Positions 1 through 8,600 of a DNA stretch of 20,000 nucleotides are shown one piece after another. Source of the stretch: Atractiella rhizophila. Lineage: Eukaryota. The number at the start of each line of letters is the position of its first letter. The first letter of the stretch is position 1. The DNA is taken from NCBI GenBank assembly GCA_021432655.1, contig MU271373.1, forward strand, positions 59,325-79,324. Direction: 5' to 3'. The position numbers were made by a program, and so were the translations under genes. Under the pieces are notes generated by a model that saw only the letters and a program-made list of their open reading frames with translations, did not search any database and was not told where the DNA came from.

Positions 1-2396
1 AGACAAGGGGCGTACCTTGATTATAAGACATTGAACCTGATTCGATATATCTGAAAATTTTCGCCGATACTTCCCCCAGACGAATTCGGGTAAGATCAAA
101 GCTAAGCTCTGTATAGACGTTATCGGCATAACAAGGACGGGTGGTCGTCGTGAAAGGAAGCTCGGCATCGTTGCAGTTGAGCGGGACGATAATTTTGCGT
201 TCCAACCCCAGTTCATGGCGCATGTTGTTTATGGGACGATGCGAACAGACATCTTCATACTACCCCACAATCATCATCAGCCAAGTAACAGACTCGAACA
301 ACTCTACTGACCCACTGGAAGTTATAGAACAGCCAAAGGCACATCTCCCGCTTCTGTGTGTTGCTTCCCGGCGGTAGCCCTTTCGAATCAGCTGGCATGG
401 CAGAGACATCTTGTGCGAGCCGATGATATTCGAGTTGTTTGCAAAGCCGTATGCCAGCAGCAATGCGGTGTTTCTGGGTACCCTCTCTAATCACAGGAAC
501 ACCTGTACGCATTGACCTGTCACTGTGTAGAAAAGACTGATATCAGCGATGTTTCGATGTGTTAGAACGAGATTGCTCACAAAGGAATGAGAAGGGCAAA
601 AGCGAGACAAGCAAAATAACTAGGAGTTTCTTCCCATCTCGCGATTTCGAGAGCCATTGTGCTTGCTGCATGGTATACGATAGGGAGGGAGGCATAATCC
701 TCCTCCTCCAATACTCCAGGTAACGCTTCATCCTTTCCAGGCAAGTAACAGACCATACCCAGCGCGAGAACACCTGCTAGGACAGCAAGGAAGCAAGGTT
801 CGATCTTCCACAACGCCGTCAAGGATGGCAAATGAGAGGAACAGAGCCAAACACACACTTCATCCCTTAATCCACCTTCTACCAATACCCAATACTCATG
901 GTACCATGACTGCCACGAAGGAACGTGGATGATATGGTGACATAAAAATCGTTCAAAATACAGTCCCACGATCTTATCCATCGTCGTTCTGTCCTTGGGA
1001 AACACGGACCATATATTAGCCCGATTCTTCGCTTCTTTGTCTAGGTCCATCCGCTCAAGAATGTTTTGCATACGACCTTTCCTTGCTCCGCCTATCGTTG
1101 TAGAGGGATCCCTCAGAATTGCGAACGACATATTGGACTCTTTCAGGGTCGGTTGTGAGGACAGTGATTCATCAGCTTCACTTAGGCTTATTGCTGTTTC
1201 GCCGAGATGAATTTTGTCACATCAGTAATCAACATGCGTACCCATGTCCTCCAGCGTTTGTATGGTATCAGATTGTTCTCCTTTCACCTTCTCTGCCCCT
1301 CCGGTCATCGATACCGCACGAAGAAGTGACTCCAGCTGCGGCGACTCGAGCAAACCTTTCGGCTCTGACACATTTCGAACAGACCCTTGCTTCGGCGACG
1401 AAAGCTCGTTGGAGGATATCGATTCTGACTGAATATGTGACGGGATTCGGCGCAAATTTTGTTGTTGAAGCAATGCTTCAAGACGAAGAAGGCGCGTTTG
1501 CAGAGCGTGAACTGCGCAAACGTCTTTCAGCTTGTCACATTGTACTTGTCAGATAGAGGCGAACGATCGGATACGAGAGCGAACTATGTCGTTTGGGTCA
1601 GTGGAATTCAGTTCCAGATGGAGAGAATCTCACAGGCTGAGGCGCCACTTCCTGCGGAGTTTGCATGAGCCACAATCAAATCTCGAACTGCTGTGGGGTG
1701 CCATACCTTCTTCGTTTCCTAAGGACTTGATACATGAGCGCGCAGGGACAAAGGAGCGGAGTAACAAACCTCCCAATGGCATTTTTCATTTTCTCCTCTC
1801 TCTAAAGATCTCATGAAAGGGAGGCAGTGAATCGAGAAGAAAAAGGACGGACTAATGCAAGCGGTACAGGGCAGTTTGCCTGGTAATGAGAACATTTTAG
1901 CACTATCGGCAGCGTCAAAATTTGCAGACTCACGGTCGCACTGGATCGAAAGAATGAGCTATGAATGCAAGAAAATGTGATAGATGAGCTTACCTTTATT
2001 TTCCGTCTGAGAAGTAAGAAGGCATAAGCATATTCTACCAAAAAGCAGAGTGGAAATACGAACCGCTTGCATTCCTATCATTCACAATCAGTCACCATGT
2101 TCAACCTCTATGACCATTCTAATAATAATAAACTCACAGTGCTATTGCTCAATAGCAAATTGTCAGCAATGCCGCACTGCAAGCAGCACGGGAAACGACT
2201 TGCCAGCTAAGAACCTGTCTAAAGAGATACCAGAAAATTCGAGATTTCGGTCTGACAATACTATTACAAAGTAATTTACCTACCTATTCCTCTTCCGCTT
2301 TTGAGTTTCCTCGCTGGTTACATGTATCAAGTTCTCTTCTGAGCCCTGCACGAGATGATTGGAAAATGATTCATCGTCCTGAAAGATGTGCTCCAT
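1..2396 (-). CDS. Zn(II)2Cys6 fungal transcription factor with fungal-specific middle homology region (multi-exon, 3' end beyond window)
   Basis: Manual splicing from ATG 2396 gives MEHIFQDD...KRKRNRQVLSCTECKRRKIKCDRKLPCTACIKRGENEKCHWEETKKEVAPQPFALVSDLHALQTRLLRLEALL. This contains a complete C-x2-C-x6-C-x5-C-x2-C-x8-C cluster and a coiled-coil dimerisation helix. Downstream exons (ORFs 577-1131 and 255-512: LYFERFLCHHIIHVPSW, FLAVLAGVLALG, GIRLCKQLEYHRL, KREMCLWLF) resemble the Fungal_trans region. Confidence 0.9.
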
Positions 2397-2448
2397 ATGT
2401 ATTCCACAGGAATGTCGTTGATCGTTCCTTGCTGTGAGTGGTGATATC

Positions 2449-2490
2449 GGTTCAAGTTGGTTTAAGCCGGGGTTCCAGCCGGTTTAAGTT
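2449..2490. repeat. Four degenerate copies of a 10-mer (GGTTYMAGYY) just upstream of the TF start codon
   Basis: GGTTCAAGTT 2449-2458, GGTTTAAGCC 2459-2468, GGTTCCAGCC 2471-2480, GGTTTAAGTT 2481-2490. Confidence 0.6.
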
Positions 2491-2738
2491 CGTGCAGAGT
2501 CCATAGTTCAACACCCAAACTTCTTTCTTCTTTCGCAGTAAACCGTATCTTATTTCAAACCCGAAACTACGGTCCCTGTTGCAAAACTATGTCACCTTTT
2601 CGCTTCCCTAAGCAGTCTTCTTCTTCGTCGATAAAGGAATACTGTTGAGAACAGCTGATGACAACATAATATAGTTATGTGCCACCTTTACAGAGCAGAA
2701 CTTCCATACATGATCATATGGACAAGGTCAACAATCGT

Positions 2739-4348
2739 CTAACCATCGATCTTCGGTATCCTCTTCTCCAACCATTCTGCCATATCGTCCAATTCCTCCT
2801 GCGAAGCAGTATGGACCACACCTAAACAATCAAACAACAGGCAACAAGCAGCAGATGAGATCACATGCAGAGATTGCGAAGGAGAACCGAATGGAAAGCC
2901 AAACGTACCATCATACCCTCTAAAATCGATATTCTTCATCTTCAACCTCTCCCGCATCCTGTGTCCCACATAACACGCATCACATTTCATCAGCACCCGC
3001 CAAGTCGAGCTGTTAAGGAATAGAACGGGGAGACAGACAAGGAAACGCTCATCTCTGCCCATTGGTATTTGATCAATGGATCCGCCTTCCCATGTCCCCA
3101 AAACACCTGCAGGTTCCTCGCGTGATCCGTCGCCAACTAATTGAGATTTCATAAGTGACGCAGTACAACAACGCAAAGCATGAGCTCAACATATATTGGA
3201 GAGCAGAAGGGAGGACGGACGTTATGGACGGTTTTGAAGAGAGGCAACCTTCCAGAGAGACTGACCTGACCTGCGAGTTTGAGCTCGGAGGTGATAGCGG
3301 CTAGCGAAGTGATAGTTGCGCCTTGCGCCCGCCCACCAATCTCTCTCAGGATCCTCAAACGAATTTACAAAGGGGAGGAGAGGGATACCTTGACTGAACC
3401 CGCCAATGACGACTCTGTCGCTCGGGATACCAGCCTCAACTTCGAGCTTCACTAATTCGATGATGGTCCTCGCGCTCTTCAATGTCCCATCTTCGTCATC
3501 CCTATCCCGTATGTGGAACTGGCGTCAGGGAGAGAGGGAAGAGGCACTGATTTACTCGATTGGAATCGAGACTGACTGGTAACTGTCGAGGGATGGACCC
3601 GTCGGTCCGAAGGAATAGATGTCAAACCTGTATCCAGTGTGATCAGGAATAATGTGGATGAGAATAAAGGAAATGAATGGAGACGGACCAGGAGTTCATC
3701 GCCATTCCTCCGTTCACTGTTACCTTGGCGTGCGGCCTACCAATCCACAATTATAAATGCAGTCCGACTCCGAGATAGATATATCACAGACGCGTTGGGT
3801 AGGATCCTTTGTCGCACGTTAGCATCCATGGAGGTAAGAAAGGAAGGACATGCCATTTAACGTGCGGGAACTTGTCCCCTAGATAATCTTTGAGGAATAT
3901 CCACCCATCACTCGAATCTCCTAGTCCCTTTCATCACTTCTCGTCAGGCTGCTCTTATTTCTTCAACGTTTTTGACAGAGCTAACGCACATGTGCAAAGA
4001 TCACGGTTGCAGTGTGTTTCTCTTTCGACTCAAAAGTCAAAGTCCTCGTCGCTGTTGTCATCGTCAATATGACATCCAGGAAAGCTTAATAATTGAAGCA
4101 CCTTTGTGAAAATGGTCCCCCGGCACCTCCAACAGAGGTTGTTTGGTGGGTGGTCTGCCTGGGAAGGAAAACATAGTTGTTGTTCTGGCGGATGGTGTGC
4201 TTGTGACTGATCTGCTAGCCCAAGCGGTGGCGATGCGGGAGGCCAGTTGGGTGGAAGGGAAGGTGCGTAGGCGGACGAAGAAAGCCAATGCTGCTGTGAG
4301 AATGAGAGCAAAAAGAACAAAGGGAAAGCGTCGTCGTTGGGCCATCAT
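2739..4348 (-). CDS. Acyl-protein thioesterase 1 / lysophospholipase-like (phospholipase/carboxylesterase family), multi-exon
   Basis: Spliced motifs: KHTATVIFAHGLGDS, PHVKWILPNAP, VTVNGGMAMNSWFDI, GGFSQG (nucleophile Ser), FWGHGKADPLI (Asp), GVVHTASQEELDDMAEWL (His). Stop at 2739. The start is uncertain (4348, 4174 or 4061). Confidence 0.9.
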
Positions 4349-4467
4349 CGGACAGTCCCTTCGGCCTTGCCGAATTCGGGCGAAAACTTTCACAACCATT
4401 GCCAACCACAACCAACTCCTTCATTATTTTGCCAGGGCTTCGTGAGCCAAAGCATACATAGACAACC

Positions 4468-5374
4468 ATGCGTCCCACACTGCCAGCACTCGGGAAGAAG
4501 GCCAGGAAGTTTCCCATGTCGCCAAAACATGGGAACAAGCATTTTTACAAGGGTTCGTATCTCCCACTCCTCCCCTTGCTGCCCATAATACCAGCCATAA
4601 TATGATGTTTGTTGACTTTCTAACGATGGGATTTATTTGGTACAGGAACGGGTACATTTCCTGGTCTTCCTCCCAAACGACAAGGAAGGCACGGATTCTC
4701 CAAGAATCCGGGGGCATATATTCTCATGCCAGAGCGCATGAACCGTTTCGTACCACCTCAAGACCCCGATTGGGAGCAGTCTCGCGTACGTCTCGACCAT
4801 CTGGCGCCTTCCTCTCTCCTCAATCAATCCTCCTCAATTCACCAAATGCTGACTTTAACCATTTTTATGCTGTCGTGGACGTTAGCTGCGACCTTACGTT
4901 TCCAAGATTGTCCCGGTCTCGTCTGAACTGGCCAGAAGAGAAGATGCCTATCCGGAGTGGCCGTATGCGTTTCGGAAAGAGATATCGAGGTACGGCGGTG
5001 TGGAAGAAGGAAAGAGCAAGAGCGTGCGAGGATTCATTTCCAAGTTGGACATGAAGGGATATGACGCTGCTTACCATCTTCAGGTCCGTTCCTTATTTCT
5101 TTCTGACGTGCGCCACGTTCTGATGTATGTGCTATGTGTTGCGCTGCGCATGGAACAGCTCGTTCAGAACCATAGGAAGAAGTATGGAGAAGAAGGACAG
5201 TCACTAGAAGGTCTGCTGAACGAACACGACCTCTTAGTAGAGGAGGGAGAGAAGGGAGGGAACTCGAGCGAGAAGGGAAATGAAGAGCGGAGAATGGAGG
5301 GCTCCGGTTTAATTCCACCTGCCTTGGAGGGAGAAGGTGTGAGGAAGGAGGGGACTACCACTTCCGCACCATAG
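4468..5374 (+). CDS. MRPL27: Mitochondrial large-subunit ribosomal protein mL41 (yeast MRPL27-like), 4 exons
   Basis: MRPTLPALGKKARKFPMSPKHGNKHFYKG|TG...GRH...YILMPERMNRFVPP...|LRPYVSK matches the mL41 signature (K-x-GNK-x-FYKG, GRH, LKPYV). Introns are GT-AG; stop at 5374. Confidence 0.85.
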
Positions 5375-5608
5375 ATTGGTTTGCGTCCATCTTTTGTATG
5401 GTCTCCTTTGCTTATTTCTCAGTTAATTCATCCTCTATCCTTCATGCATTCACGTCTCATCAATCTCATTGCTCCATATTTTACGTCTCAATGAAACTTT
5501 CTCTCCTCTTCGTCAGCAAGCACTTCTATGGACGATTGCGCACGCTGTGCGCTTACACTTCATATTCCTAAAACGGTAGATTGTCTATCCATCCCAACCG
5601 TCCCTCGG

Positions 5609-8600
5609 TTAGAGGTATCGAACTTTGATTCTCAAGGCCGCCAGAGCGGCGAGCCTATACGCAACAACAACAGCCATCATGATCCTACACACGCATCCAC
5701 AGTGTCAGTATTCTCCTTCCAATGATGAAGGGAAAGGGCAAGGAGGAGAACTGACCCGATAAATTTACCAGTGTTTCGATCTTTGATCGAAAGGGTATCT
5801 AGCACCTGTTCACCCGTCACTTTTCCGCGATTCGAATCAGCGAGCGTCTTCCAATACAGAGGAATGGAGGATTGACGAATACTGACAAGCTAGACATTGT
5901 CCATTCGCGATTTGGTCCTGGGTACAATTGAATCGCAGCCCAATCATCTCATTGATAATCTGTATCCGCGAACTGATCTTGATCACTGCTACCCAAGCGA
6001 TAGCTTGGAACCAGGTGGGCACGTTAGCTGATACGATGCCAGAGATTATCGCCATCGTTGACAGTGCTATTCCGAGAGTCACACCATTAACGACCTTTGC
6101 TTGGCCGATGAAGGAGAGAGTGGACGTGCCTGAAGAAACGAGAGAGACCGAAAGACCGCCATTTTCGACGAAGGTGGAAAAGACGATCTGGATATCCGAG
6201 AAATAAGAAGTGAGATCAGGGAAGAAAACGTATACGCACCCCGATGCTCTCGCCCACAGATATGAGGGCCCAGCAGGAAGTAAAATATTCAAAGAAAATG
6301 CGCGGCGTCTGCGCAGTGTTCTCAACTTCAACTTCGCCAATAACAAAGGGAAAAGTAGGCTCACGTGTTGGAGGTCCATTCCATAGATGAAGATGATGGC
6401 ATAAAGCAGGGAGGCAATGACTTGAAAGGGGAGCTCAATAGCTGTATAGCTAAGGAGAAAAGTCTCTGGCGAGTATCGCGAAGTACTGGACCATTCATAA
6501 AGGAACAAATTCCTTTCGTTCGGATAGATTGCCATGGATGATAACATTCCGACGAACTGAAGAGCACTGTTTTGCTGGAACAAGCCGATGCGATTCTGCG
6601 ATCCGGTTGGACCGAGAGAAAGACGTTGATAGAAAAACCAAAAGATAAGAGCGAGGAACGGAGGGTTCACAGCCCTAACTGGAAAGACATCAGGTTGCCG
6701 TCGCATATTCTTCCAGCTTCGAGAGATGACCGTAGGTAACGCATAGCGCATTGGCGCAGATTTCGTATCATGTGCGATAACTGCGTCGTTGGCAGGTTGG
6801 CGTTCAGACGTTTTCGAAGCAAACGAGATTTGCTGGCTCCAGACATCGAGCATTTGGCTCAAACGTTTCGATGAACGATGCTCATCTTCCTTTGTACGCT
6901 TGTTGATGCTGATGGCGTCGATGAGAAAATCGGCTGGGTTGTAGTCTATATGGATCGTCAGACTAACTCTCGGCTCAAGATGAGCTTACCTTTGGGACAT
7001 TCCAGACCAATAGAAGCGAACGTTGGAAGAGCTTCGTCCTTCGGACCCCAGAACACTGTCTTGCCACCCTTGGCGAGCAAAAGAACAGAATCGAAGAGAT
7101 CCCAGATGTCCGAACGAGGTTGATGTATCGAAATGATGACGGTTCGCCCCGAACGTGCGATAGCAGAAAGGCACTCCATGATGTTGCGGGCAATGAAGGA
7201 ATCTAGACCAGACAGTGGTTCATCCGCTACTATCACTGGCGGATCGCTGAGTAGTTGGATCGCCAAAGACAGGCGCCTGCAGACACCTTAGTCTTCCTCA
7301 TGAGGATGTGCTCTTGACACACCTTTTTTCGCCCCCGCTGATGCCTGTATAGTTCAGTCAACGAGAGCGCGAGAAGCAGACGCAAATCTACCTTTGATCA
7401 AGTCACCTCCCACCAAGTTATCCGCACACTCTTTCAAGCCCAACCTATAAAAAGTCTGATTTTATGGTGGCGACAACAGAGAGAGAACTCACATCCTCAA
7501 AACCTGTTCTGCCCTGGCTGCTTTTTGTCGTTTGGTCATGTTTCGGAGCTTCAATACTGCAGCATATAGCAACGTTTCTCGCACCTATGGGAAACTATGA
7601 TCACCATCGCCAGTCTGAGATCATTGCTTACAGTGAGGGCGGGGAGAAGATGTTTATCGCTCTAGAAAGATAAACGATCAGTCTGGCCAAGTGTTCGGAA
7701 ACCAACGCACTTGTTCAACGAAACCACAGATATTTCGATGGTTATCGGCGGCATGTTCATTGAATTTAATCGATCCTTCGCACTTCCATTTAGATATTGC
7801 GCCTTCCTGGAGCTGGCCAGCAAGAAGTTGCAGAAGGCTACTCTTTCCAGCACCACTGGGTCCCTGTTCTGAAGTAAGCATCCTGGATTAATTTATTCTG
7901 GATACTTACCATGACGGCAGTGACTTTGCCAGGCATGAATTCTCCGAAGCACTCGTCGAGGATAACTTTTTCCTTCGATTCTTTTGGATGGACGAAAGCC
8001 TTCTGGATGACTGAAAGCCGTAAATGCTCCACGGAAACTTTGATGCCGTCCCTCGTCCGCTGGCTTTCAAGTTCTTGCAAGCTTGTTTTTTCTGTTCGTT
8101 TTAACTCAGCTTCATCCGTGTATCGCGCTCGTGCATGTTTGACGCCTCCAGGGTGATGCCACTGAAGAAGGATGAAGGATATCCTGTACAGCGTTAAGCA
8201 GAGCAATGAGTGACAAGACGCAACCATGAGAAAATAGCTGACGTGAACAAAAGAGTACAGAATGCCAGGATCCCCAACGGCCATGCTAGCGTTTCTGATC
8301 AGCATGATCTTGTAGAACGGATAAAGCATACCGTAATCGGGAATGCTTCCGTTGATTTTCATTCCTATAAGCACGTTTTCCCCTATGCATTGATTGGCCG
8401 CAGGTCCAGTAATCCCTGCAAAATTGTTCAGATCCCGTCACTCTTGTAAACCGAAGTCAAATACCTTTGCAGGCAAACCGTCGATCCTCGAATTGAGATG
8501 TTGCGAGCCAATGGAAGCCGTAATAATACGGACTGATCCACCTTGCCCATTTGCTTTCGGGCATGGTAAGTCTTGTGCAGTAGAAGAGATTAATTTCTTA

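Noticed and set aside
1510..1704. Apparent truncated Zn cluster 'MAPH...CGSCKLRRK...QCDKLKDVC'
   Set aside because: These Cys codons fall in introns of the better micro-exon model, which yields a complete six-Cys cluster; a stop also interrupts this reading.
5837..6862. 341-aa ORF as a standalone membrane protein
   Set aside because: It is the second TMD of the ABC transporter, read through several stop-free introns.
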